A stretch of 63,995 nt of DNA, counting the filler, from Circinaria calcarea (Eukaryota), in assembly GCA_051942165.1 (NCBI GenBank). It is 4 parts of 4 records of this genome, joined end to end, with 100 filler letters (N's around TTAATTAATTAA, not from the genome) between each part and the next. Parts side by side here need not be neighbours in the genome. Positions count along the whole stretch, not along the records: positions 1 to 16,673 come from JAVECS010000307.1; positions 16,774 to 33,433 come from JAVECS010000308.1; 2 more parts are not named here. One strand, given 5' to 3'. Position 1 is the first letter of the stretch; the number at the start of each line of letters is the position of its first letter. The notes under the pieces were generated by a model. It was given only the letters and a program-made list of their open reading frames with translations, was not told where the DNA came from and made no database searches. Made by a program: the position numbers and the translations under genes. Below are positions 12,537 through 22,874 of this stretch, one piece after another.

Positions 12537-13376
12537 TTAGGCCATGTTCATGTTCTTCAATCCATGAACGACCTCATCAGCCGACTCATATCTCCCGGCC
12601 CAGCACTTCTGCACAACCTCGCCACATAGCTCCTCATCCAGAGCAGGAAACCGACCTGCCTTGAACCGGCTTACAATCTCTAGCGTGTCTTGCCAGGGAT
12701 CTAGTTCTGGAAAAGGTGGGTGGTCTTTCATCATGAAGTAGATTGCTGAACCCAAAGCGAATATATCCGTCTTTTGATTCGCGTCGTTGGGATCTGACCG
12801 TGGCATCGATGACTTAATATTCTCACCCGACCCACCATCAAGGTAAACCGTGCCATCGGGATGTAAGAGTTTCCCTTGAAAGTCGCATAATTTGATGTCC
12901 AGATCCTTGTCGAGGAGTAGATTGCCGACGCCGACATCGCAATGAAGGACACCTTTCGTGTGAATATAAGCAACAGCCTCTGCAGTCTGCATTGCCCATT
13001 TCAGCCTTTCCTGTACCAAGGGCCGTGGATTGGCATTGTAGAGATAATCAGCTATTGATCCATTGGGCATATACTCGAGCAAGAGACCGTCCTCATGTTT
13101 ACCCTTAAAACGGATGATTCGATGATGCTGTCCTAAGATTCCGAGAATTTGCTCTTCAACGTCAAGACCAATTTGTTGTTCCTGCCTCAAGATTCTATAA
13201 ATTTTTTCATTTTCCAAATGAAGGCCCAAAGGCTCTTCTGAAGGTAGACTAGGGTATTTAAGAACGGTATTCTCGTCGACAAGACCAATAAAGTGGCTGC
13301 CGCCAGAAGCAATGACTCTCTCGACTCCGCGTGGATACCAGGAGTATATTACAATATCTGGTTTTGGAATGTCCAT
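12537..13376 (-). CDS. Small single-domain protein kinase-like protein (non-RD)
   Basis: 279-aa ORF with Gly-loop ASGGSHFIG, VLKY, LLLEYMPNGS, HCDVGVGN, DFQG, KTDIFALGS. Confidence 0.85.
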   Translation of the reverse strand: MDIPKPDIVIYSWYPRGVERVIASGGSHFIGLVDENTVLKYPSLPSEEPLGLHLENEKIYRILRQEQQIGLDVEEQILGILGQHHRIIRFKGKHEDGLLLEYMPNGSIADYLYNANPRPLVQERLKWAMQTAEAVAYIHTKGVLHCDVGVGNLLLDKDLDIKLCDFQGKLLHPDGTVYLDGGSGENIKSSMPRSDPNDANQKTDIFALGSAIYFMMKDHPPFPELDPWQDTLEIVSRFKAGRFPALDEELCGEVVQKCWAGRYESADEVVHGLKNMNMA

Positions 13377-14380
13377 GATAGGCGTTGAAGGGGATGTATG
13401 GAATTGTGTCGCACGTCCTCGTCACTCTCTCGTCGCTCGTCTTCAAAAATTGCGGTTGCGATTGCGATTGTGTGAAACGGGCTTAGGGAGGGGAACTGCG
13501 ATTGAAGGTGGAGCAGCGTATTTCTCCAGAGAAGTAATGTTCGAGGATATATAAAGTAGTAGGTGTAGGGTACCAGCATGCCGGCGTTGATATTCACACG
13601 AAGGTAACGTTGAGGCAGCAGCGAGTAATGTGGTGAGCATTTTAGGATTAGTCTAGCGCATTGGTACACTTTTCACCAAACTTTTAAGAGCTTCTGAAGA
13701 GCTAAGAGGAGCCACCCGGGTCGAGTCAACACCTTCAGCTGCTGCGTAGCACCGCCGACGAACCTTCTAGCGTTACACTCGATACACAGCAGTCTACTAT
13801 CCCTACGATTGTATCAACTACCTTATCTATTAGTATGTTCCCTCATGGGTCATGTCGAAGTCGTTCTCTTCAGCGACAAGGAGCACTTGGAAGCATTTCC
13901 ACCTGGTACTATCCGTGGTTACTAGCAGCGAGGCAGTCAGTTATTCCCAAACGGCTGTAGGTTGGTCCTGGCTCCTTTCGGACCATCGTGCCACCTAGGG
14001 GCCTTCGAGGCCAAGGGGAGAGGCTTGGGTAGAACTCGGGGATCGGACAATGAACGTGGGTGGGACAGAAGCGTTAGAAAGTGGTGGATTACGGTTTCGG
14101 GCGGGTGAGAGGACGAAAAGAGGGGAGTTGGCTGTATGTAAGAATGGCAATGAGTATCGTTGTAAGGCTAACTTCTACTTTAGATTTTAAATCCCTAAGA
14201 AACACCTCTGGTCCCCAAAACTTTTATGTCAGCGTTCCATCGTCAACTGTGGGACGACATTAACAGAGGACCAAGAGTTTCCATAAGTCATCGTGACTAT
14301 AAATGTTCGTGTCAGCGGAAGTTGTGGTCAGAGGCTTGAGAAGACGATATTCAGGCATACTAACTAATTGAAGATCGGAC

Positions 14381-14563
14381 TTAACATTTTGGACAAATTC
14401 CGCCATGGACAGTAGACTTTCCAAATGAAGAGTTGTCTTTGATTCCCTTGCAGGCAGGAGTGCCAACATCTTTACAGGACCTAATGGTATTTACAACCAA
14501 CGAATGCTTCGGTTGTTTGGTACAGTTTCTGTACTCCCTCGTGATAATGTTTCTGTCACACAT
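14381..14563 (-). CDS. Small Cys-rich putative metal-binding protein (60 aa)
   Basis: ATG-started ORF with pattern MC-x11-C-x5-H-x9-C-x7-C-x18-CPKC*; no signal peptide. Confidence 0.55.
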   Translation of the reverse strand: MCDRNIITREYRNCTKQPKHSLVVNTIRSCKDVGTPACKGIKDNSSFGKSTVHGGICPKC

Positions 14564-15039
14564 GTCGAAGAACTTGAAATCTTCTGCATGTTAACTCTCG
14601 TAGGTCAAACACGTTTAGGTTACCGAACCTGCGTGGGTAATGTGTTATAGTTGTCACAACCAGGAAACGGTATGGTGCTATCGAGTGCCGAGAGGGGATT
14701 CGAAGGAAAGTTGTACTGTTGAGAGCTGAGGAAGAACAGTTAGAAACAGTGGCGGCTCCAGGCAGCTTTGGTTGAGCGGAGTCACCGAATGCAACGATCA
14801 GACAGACGACTTGTGAGTCATCTTGACTGGCGCCTAGAGCATTTACAGGGTTAGGAATAATCTATCAGAAGCAAGGGTAGCTTGGAGGGTGTGTACCCTC
14901 CGACTGTTTCCGACAGGACGCGGGTATTTATATCCACTAATCTCCACGTACTCAACAAGCTGGGTCGAATTTTCCATTTGTTCTTTTAGCCAGCTGTCAT
15001 GTTCGAGGTTTTCCCTAACATACACAGTATACAGACCAA

Positions 15040-15255
15040 TTTCTCCAAGGGTAGCTTGAACGAGGTGGTAGTTGTGTGGAAGCAAAATCCACAGCTTTTA
15101 TTTCACTGACGCGTGAAATGATAATTGACTGAAACAGGAGTGTTGGCTTTGGGACTATAGTAGATCCATCGCAGCATAGTTGCAATGATCGTTGCGACAC
15201 ATGCCGAGACTAGTAGAACCAATAGATTGGGTGAGAAGTGCTTCTCAAAGACCAT
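15040..15255 (-). pseudogene. RSAD2: Viperin/RSAD2 radical-SAM gene fragment (N-terminal anchor + Fe-S motif only)
   Basis: Reading through the TGA at 15103-15105 gives [71 protein letters not shown], matching the viperin signature [20 protein letters not shown]. No downstream GGEPF motif was found. Confidence 0.85.
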
Positions 15256-15635
15256 CCCGGCGTTGAAGAGTAAGTCTTGAGCAGCGATCATGGTGAAGTT
15301 TAGGAGATCCACGGGGAGACCTGACCCCTCTTTATTATCGATAACAATTCCTGCAAAGCAACGGGAAGAGGGGTAACTTGTGCGACCTCAAGTGGTTGTT
15401 GTAATTACCGATCCAGCCTTCTCTTTCTGAATCTTGAGAAATAGCCGTATAAATAATTCGACCCATCAGCCAGAATGGTGTCCGGGAACATCATCTGCGT
15501 TTTGGGTGAGTGAATCCCGTTCCTTTATACGGCGGAGGTAGTAGCATAAGTGCTCTCAATAGGATTGACTCTTACTTCTATTCTCAGAGCTACGTACATC
15601 GTCGCCTTCCACCCCTCTCGTATAATTTATCCCGC

Positions 15636-15880
15636 TCACTTCAACCATGTCCGCTCATGCATGATGATGCCGCGAACCAGAGCAGCATGGTTTAGAAAAT
15701 CGGTCTTTAACTCGAAAACCACATTTGGACACTTGGGATGAGTACAGACTGAATGATCGTCAAATTCAGGGTGTGTTCGATGAAAGTGCCGTTTTAAAGA
15801 GTCTTTGCTACCGTAGGAGAGTTCTGTACGGCTGGTACAGACGAGGCATTGGAAGGGTTTGCAATCCACCCGAATGGTTG
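15636..15880 (-). mobile_element. Relic of DUF3435 (Starship captain-type tyrosine recombinase) C-terminal Zn-finger region
   Basis: CKPFQCLVC...YGSKDSLKRHFHRTH...CTHPKC...FLNHAALVRGI resembles the C-terminal C2H2 region of DUF3435 proteins. No upstream recombinase domain is visible on this contig. Confidence 0.6.
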
Positions 15881-16384
15881 TACAACGTGGAGGCCCGAAG
15901 CTTTGTCATAGTATTTGGTAGATAGTGTGTTCCTTTTCTGCTGAATAGGTTCACTTAACGTGCCAGTGATTTATCGAAGAGACACATCTATTTGTTCATA
16001 AATGATTGTAATCTCACTATCCTCGCAGTACATATCTCTGATATTCACCACATGATCACTGACAAAAGGTGGCATATAATGTCCATTATTTTGTTCGGTT
16101 CTTTTGACCCATTTAATGGCAACTATGATTCAGGCTCTGGTGTTGTCACATCCGATGATAGCTGGTCCGGCTTGATCCAAAGCCATCCACTCGTGATATA
16201 CGGTCTTAGGCTTATTCCCAATCCGTCGCTTGACGCTTTTAAGGATACGTTCTCCAGGATCAAAGACATCGACTGGTGCTGATCTTGTCAAGGAGGGTTC
16301 AAATTCAATATGGCTTTCGAGTTGACTAATAAGTTGCTGTACACTTGCCGTACCGACAGTTCCGGTATCCCAGGATATTCCACT

Positions 16385-16530
16385 TTAATCAGCATAGTTG
16401 ACCGCTTCCGCCAAATTATAGCTCATGTTGAATTTCTGGTGATAGAAGTTGGGCAAGGTGACGACGGCCTCGTTGGGCAGCTGAGAAATTATTTTAAAGA
16501 AGATCCCCCATGCTCCAAGGGTCGAGCACA
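16385..16530 (-). pseudogene. JmjC-domain fragment
   Basis: Manual translation STLGAWGIFFKIISQLPNEAVVTLPNFYHQKFNMSYNLAEAVNYAD* matches the JmjC C-terminal motif QxPGExVxTxPxxYHxGFNxGxNxAEAVN; conserved Gly codons appear changed by G>A. Confidence 0.7.
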
Positions 16531-16673
16531 GTATATAAGTGGCGAAGTGACGTTCTAGAACTTATGTCGTCTCAAAGTTGTTGAAAGACTTCAATGACAA
16601 GTAACAGATCTTGCAATAACATCAAGTGTACTTACGTCTTCAATCCTAGATGCCAATGGGTTTCCAGGTAAAG

Positions 16674-16773
16674 NNNNNNNNNNNNNNNNNNNNNNNNNNN
16701 NNNNNNNNNNNNNNNNNTTAATTAATTAANNNNNNNNNNNNNNNNNNNNNNNNNNNNNNNNNNNNNNNNNNNN
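16674..16773. other. Artificial contig linker (44N-TTAATTAATTAA-44N)
   Basis: Identical 100-bp spacer with a six-frame-stop core occurs three times. Confidence 0.97.
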
Positions 16774-16775
16774 GG

Positions 16776-17111
16776 TTAGGACATAGCCTCGACAGCATGA
16801 TTTATATCAGATGCTAGGAGCCTGGGACTTTAACAATCGATATTCAGGCCCTCATGCATGGCGTACCGAAGATGAATATCATTCCAATGAGCTTGATGTC
16901 CCTTGGCCGGGTAAAGGACGTCCCCTTGAAAATTTCTGATGCTGGTAGAAATAAGGTCGTGTGTAACTCAGAAATACGTGACGCCAGTCGCAGATATAAA
17001 GACGTTCTTGACGTTCTTACTTCTTCTCAAAAGTACACGACGATAGAGGCTGCGTCGGAAAACCTATACTCAGAATATCTAGCCTTCAAAAGGCGAGAGG
17101 TACTGTTATAA
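16776..17111 (+). mobile_element. DUF3435 captain relic A (catalytic His/Tyr region and following helical region)
   Basis: LGHSLDSMIYIRC*EPGTLTIDIQALMHG...MSLGRVKDVPLKISDAGRNKV...SEIRDASRRYKDV...KYTTIEAASENLYSEY. The TAG at 16815-16817 lies about where the catalytic Tyr is expected after the GH motif. Confidence 0.65.
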
Positions 17112-17634
17112 ACCGCATACAAACTCAGAAAACGAGTACAAGGAGTAGGCCGAATACGTCTATCGTCTCCTATATAATAGGCAGGGCATCCTCCTCCGCC
17201 TCCTGTGTCTTCTCCATATCCATTAAGTGCCGTACAAAACCTGGGGCGGAAGGCTATAGCCTTATGGAAAAGCATGCGCGTGTTTTATTACCTTGATCCC
17301 AATCAAACAGAGCCGAATACTACATATACAGTGCCGGGCATGAAGCAACCAGTCTTCCCCGTCCAAGCAGATATTGGGCGATATACCTTCTATTGAGGAT
17401 ACGAATGCCAGTCAGTTGATTAACCCTAGTATACAGAGGATATAACAGGATACCAGTCAACGTGCGGACACCGAGCTCAGTCCAAGCAACCGTTATTTGT
17501 TGGATCAAAAGAGACTTAAGAAATTTTAAACAGGGATATGGATAACATCTTCAAATCTTGAAGCTAGATTTATTGACAGCAGCTAAAGATGAGGAAGGTA
17601 ACGAGGACGACTGCATGCAAAGTCCTAACGGCGC

Positions 17635-17946
17635 CTCTTTCTGTTGTTCGTGCTCGCCTTGATCGATGGGGTGTTCGGGAGCAACATCCATGGCTAGCAG
17701 GATATCCAGGCCCTCCGATTTGGGCCCGGCGGCTCGAGGATTGGCATCGATCTGTCCATACAGAAGTTGGCGATCTTTCGAGGGGTCGAGAGGACATTCA
17801 AATCTGTTCGCGCTCACCGGGCCTCACTCGAAAAGCTGCCGTCCCAGCTAAGTCGTTTGGGGAACGCGGCGGGTTTCAAGGATCGCCTGACGCCCTATGC
17901 TTTGCGGCGCGGGATGGTCATTACGGCTACCACCGATTCTACCTAG
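17635..17946 (+). mobile_element. DUF3435 captain relic B (recombinase core)
   Basis: A frame not reported in the ORF track reads LFLLFVLALIDGVFGSNIHG*QDIQALRF...KLAIFRGVERT...QLSRLGNAAGFKDRLTPYALRRGM, carrying the hallmark L.RLG..AGF...LTPY.LRRG motif; internal TAG at 17695-17697. Confidence 0.8.
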
Positions 17947-20241
17947 AAACTCTTGGATTGCTCATCGTCAGCCACAACATCGTCCGCTCCGCCATCGTTG
18001 ATACCAACCCATACTACCCGAAGCCACAGTCGAGTTCACGCACCGTATAGGAGCTACGCCCGATAATATCTGATGAATGATGCTCCCATGAGACCAAGGG
18101 TTTTCATCTCACCGCTTTAATATCTTGTATGAAGGTGCTACTTCTTAGTCCAATATCTAACTTGGAGCCCCTTACGCATTTCATTCCGTTTCTCAATACC
18201 ATACATCCATCAAAGAGACACGACAAGATTAAACCAGAACTATCAACTTTGGTCTATACTATATGCCAAGAAGAGCAAGCATCCAAGGGAACTTCCGACG
18301 GTCATGTAAGTAGCTGTTGCTGTGAAACCGCAAGGCATGTTATCTATATCGATTTATTTGTAATCTCTCACATTTCAATTCACTAGGAATACGAGAAATC
18401 CGGTCAATGCCATAATCAATTCTGTTCCTGGGCACACGTACTGGGTACGTGCGTCGGCATGATCCGAGGTATTTGTCAATACCAACCCCATTGCAAGTAC
18501 CAGCATGGGGAAGACCGAGAGTCCCACTGGGACAATCGTGACTTTCGTCACGATTGTCCTGAATAGACCTGGGCCTATCTGGGATTGATCCACAGCAATC
18601 CTGTCTTGGTCAAGGGGCGGTTCATATTGTCGAATTGAATTGGAGCAACGACAGCCAGTTAATCGATTGGCCCTGCTATCACGGAATATATGAATAAGAT
18701 ACCAGTCGGGGTGCGGACATCGAGTTCTGTTTTAATTCGACCCTCGCGCTTCACCTAAACGAGCCGATACAGCGAAGTATACATTACAGTCGACCCAGAA
18801 GCCTGGAGAGCAGCGCTTTCTCCACTCATCAAAGAGATATTTGCACTGGTCTAGCAAGATTGGAATCAGCTAGATGAAGCCGTGAACCGCATCAAGATGG
18901 ATTTGTACACGAAATATTCGGGAGCCAGAATTATCCGAGCGGTTGTGCAAATAAGAGGAATTATCCTCCAAGACCACCACCCCTTTACCTAAAACCTCCA
19001 ACTTTTCTTCCCATGAATAATCCCTTTTCCAGGAGAAGTTACGGAAAAATCATGGAATTGATCGGCACCATGAAAACCGAAGTCTCGACCCACGGCCACC
19101 ACTAGTCGAAATATATTCAGTCGGATTACACGTTAAACATCTTACAGACTCCTCGCCCTTCGAAGTGAAATAATATATTGTTACACGGGTGGATGCCACC
19201 CGCATATCCAACTCGCATCAAGGTTTTTCCCCCAAACCTCCACCTTTCTTTCGTATCCCCCTTTTTGGTCTTTCTAGGCAAGAGTAAGGGACATAGGAGC
19301 TCGAGGGAAAAACTCACAGTAAAGAGTTCAGTCAGCGGCGCCCGGCTCCCGTACGTAATGTGGACCTACATTTCCAGGAAAACCTGGCCTCTAGGTCTCG
19401 GGCATAGGGATAATTTTCGGGGTGGGGGGAGGGCAGGCGAGAAGCACTCCCAGAGTCCAATATCCGACAGGAAATCCGTACATAAACTCCATCTTAATAG
19501 CAGGGCAATTAAACCCGTACAAGCTACGTAAAACGTAAGCAGGGATATTAGGACAAACGTCACACTGAAGTTAGGGGGGTGATGTGAATATCAAAAAAAT
19601 ACTCCGATAGAGGTAGATTATTAGTATTTGTATCAAAAACCGTCAAGGGCAAGGCAGGGCCGCAAATCCGATTATTAGAATCTTAGTGTGCTTGACTTCA
19701 AATTCAGCGCCCCCCACGGGCCCCCGCCTTGGGCCCTCACTTCGAGAACAGCGCCGGATAGTCTTGAAATAGAAAAAGGGAGAGGATTTGGAGGCAGACC
19801 TCGCAGTGCAAAGGGAGGCCGAGTGCCGGAAGGATAAATCCTGAATAACGACCAAAAAGGGGATAGGGAAAGAGAGACAGTTTGGGGGTGACGTCTCGCG
19901 GTCCAAAGCAGTAGAGTTATATATCAAGAAATATACTCGAGAGCTCTCCATTACGATACTCAAGCTCAAATGCGACTACGGGGAGGAGAAGCGCTCCCTA
20001 AGAAAGTTCAACACAGCCGAGCAACCTATCTAACAAGCAGGCAGCTGGCCCCAGTATGAACAACTGTGATGAAACTGTGCTATCCAATCTGTCAACAACC
20101 AAAATCGCAAATGGTATCCGTAATCGCTCAAATGTATCCCAAACCCGCGTCATCAATGGCTCCCAGAATGCTGAAATGACAGAATGAAAAAGGCAGACGA
20201 GGCTTTCTGATCCTGTATATACCATTCACCACCCTGCCTTG

Positions 20242-21849
20242 TTACGACAGATCCCCGGTGATTAGTTCCATGAGGTCGTCTCCGTGCGAATCTGTAAGTG
20301 GGCTGACAGAAAGCGTAGGCTCTGGAGACAGGGCACTCAGGATCGATGAAGAGATTTCCGCCGATTCCATGGCACCGAGATCTTGTGCAGACGCAATTGC
20401 CACCGGGGTAGTTATTGGGGCACTCTGAAGCAATGGCGAGGCCGCTGTTGTAGGACGGGAACCTAGAGTTAAAGATAACACGACGGTACTGAGGAGAAAA
20501 ATGATGATGTTCTTGCGATCTTGGCTCGCTAGATACATGTAGTTCTTCAGCAGCGTCCAAAGCGGTATGTCCTGCGCTGATCGCGATGGACAGACGTTGG
20601 TAGGTAAGCTGGTATTGGATTTGCACTCGGGATTCTCTTCCCTCAAACCGTCAACGTATGCTTGGGCATCCTGGCCGTAAATCTCCCTCATCCTTACATC
20701 ATCCATACGACTGGCACCATCAAAATTTCCACCGGCGGACTGACTGTAGTCGGTAGGAGATACCTGATGCTCCTCTTCCTCACTCCTCAGATCTAGCTCT
20801 CTCCTGAGATCATCCTCGATCCATGGTAAGATCTCAACATCCACCCTTTCCATCTCGCTCCACGCTGCACCCCACGCCCCTGCCCTCATGAGCCCATTTG
20901 CAGCGTAGATTTTGATATCCCACCTCCTTTGTCCTGTACCACTTCCACGTAGCCCATCCCTAATCCTTTTTCCACAGTCTCCGCATTTATCCAAGTCGTT
21001 ATCGCTGTCATATTCCTCAGTTTCAGATGCGTCCCGATCATATTCCTCATCTAGATTGAGGTGAAAGTGGCCACATTTCAGTATTCGAGGTATCTGTAAC
21101 TCCAAGGATTCTAGCAACCTTTCTTCAAGTAAGTCGTAATCTTCCCTCGGATGTGGAACCAGTATGCCTCGCTCGAGAACTGTAGCCGTGACCCTTTCCC
21201 GCAAGAGATTCCAATTTTTGATCCAATAGCCGGGTAGAACACTCTCCAATGTTTCCTGAGACCAGGGTAGTGCGATAGGCAGAACAGTGACATGAAGAAG
21301 AACGAGAGGATACTCCTTTTTGATTCTCTTCGTAGGACTTAGTTTCGAGGGTGAGCGCACTGCACTGCGATACGATCTTGCTGATCTAGGCGTACTGTTC
21401 CGCGAGCAATCGTTGAGCTTGTATCGGTGCTGTGAAGATGGGGACATTATGAAAGGTGGAGGTGTATTTTCGAGTTGCATGGCCCGAACGGAGGAAGGAT
21501 TGCGGAATGGCGATCGGGTCTCGATTGGTATATAAGCGGAGGATTGCGTTTGCTCTGGCCCGCAGGAGCCGCCTCTGGACTCAAAGGGTAGCTCTGATAT
21601 CTCATCATTGGAATGATTCGAGGTACGAGGAGAGCTTTGTCCGGTCATGTTGATGGTGTCGTCGAACACTAGCTCATCAGGCCCACTAGAGTTTCGAGCT
21701 GAAAAGCCTTCTTCCCCTTCTTGATAATCAATGTCCTGCTCAATACTCTGCATTGGCTCCACATGTCTCGATGATGGGAGCCGCGAGGAAGAGAACTCGT
21801 CTGATAAGGCAAGCGAGTGCTGATAGGGTCTTTCTGTGCTGTGCATCAT
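20242..21849 (-). CDS. Conserved Pezizomycotina hypothetical protein (often auto-annotated 'pathway-specific nitrogen regulator'), C-terminal TM helix
   Basis: 535-aa ORF with KKEYPLVLLHVT, RGILVPHPREDYDLLEERLLESLEL, CxxCG, WDIKIYAANGLMRAGAW. Confidence 0.75.
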   Translation of the reverse strand: MMHSTERPYQHSLALSDEFSSSRLPSSRHVEPMQSIEQDIDYQEGEEGFSARNSSGPDELVFDDTINMTGQSSPRTSNHSNDEISELPFESRGGSCGPEQTQSSAYIPIETRSPFRNPSSVRAMQLENTPPPFIMSPSSQHRYKLNDCSRNSTPRSARSYRSAVRSPSKLSPTKRIKKEYPLVLLHVTVLPIALPWSQETLESVLPGYWIKNWNLLRERVTATVLERGILVPHPREDYDLLEERLLESLELQIPRILKCGHFHLNLDEEYDRDASETEEYDSDNDLDKCGDCGKRIRDGLRGSGTGQRRWDIKIYAANGLMRAGAWGAAWSEMERVDVEILPWIEDDLRRELDLRSEEEEHQVSPTDYSQSAGGNFDGASRMDDVRMREIYGQDAQAYVDGLREENPECKSNTSLPTNVCPSRSAQDIPLWTLLKNYMYLASQDRKNIIIFLLSTVVLSLTLGSRPTTAASPLLQSAPITTPVAIASAQDLGAMESAEISSSILSALSPEPTLSVSPLTDSHGDDLMELITGDLS

Positions 21850-22874
21850 ATCCGTTTATCTTGATGCCTAACGCGCTGGCTTGGCTGGGAAATGGTTGTC
21901 TGCTCAATTGTTTAGTTTTGACACCCGCCAGCAACAGTGTCCAATGCAAATATACAGCGCTAATTTTGCTTCAATCACGGTCTAAATCGCGTGGTCTGTC
22001 GATCATCACGAAAATCACGAAACGAAGTCACCATGGCAACAACCCCAATCCCGATCCGGATTACAGTAGTTGCAAGGATGTTAGCGTGGTCATGTCGCAA
22101 TGATTATAAAATGCCCTCCCACCCTCTTAAATTTGTATAGAAAATTGGATAGGCAACGGAGAATACCCTCGACAATAAATTTTCTTTCCTTTCTCGGAAT
22201 ATGCAGTTACAGTAGGGTATGAAATGTTGGTCAAAAACGTGTGTTGATGTTTGCAACCACAGTAGTCTACTTTAAGCGCTGCCCTATCAAACTATCAGCA
22301 AACAGCTATCACCAAGTCTTCAAATTAATTCGGGGGCTTAGGTGTTGCTTATCAGAGATATTATGTCCCGGGGCCCCACGCTCATACACATAACCTGGTA
22401 TAATATATTCAACGTAGGCGTGTAAGATTTTGTGAAGAAGGGTTGGTTTTAAGAGGTCTGCTAGAGTAACAATTGTCTTTGCAAATGAACAAGAGAGCAA
22501 CTTAAAGCTAGGGGGCCCATCACAGAGCATTTATAGACTAAATAAACCATTACTACAAGCGTGCTTGAGATATATTCTCTGAGCATAACAGAATACACTT
22601 AAGCCCCCGGAATGGTATATTCTGTTTCTAATGGGTCGTATGGAATATCGTTATCAAGAGGGTAACGAGGAGTATTAGTCTATCCCTGCTGTCTATTGTT
22701 AATACGCCGTAAAATGGTCTATCAAGCGAGAAAGAAAACGCTTCTCTATAGAACTCCATACGCAGCTTGAACCCTCCTATGCTTGTATCTAGGGCAAACC
22801 GCAGTAACCGTCTTTTCAAAGCCATTATGCCATCCTTCATTTCACTCACCTCCACCCTTATTCACATGGCTTGT

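Noticed and set aside
4205..15105. Three in-frame TGA codons at conserved Trp/Cys positions suggesting a variant genetic code or selenocysteine
   Set aside because: TGA is the normal stop of intact genes here (SDR at 1299, RPA135 at 50982), and each affected gene has other lesions such as truncation or a lost splice donor.
15636..17946. Joining the three captain fragments into one gene or an inverted pair
   Set aside because: A contig linker separates the minus-strand fragment from the other two, and the two plus-strand fragments are in the wrong domain order.
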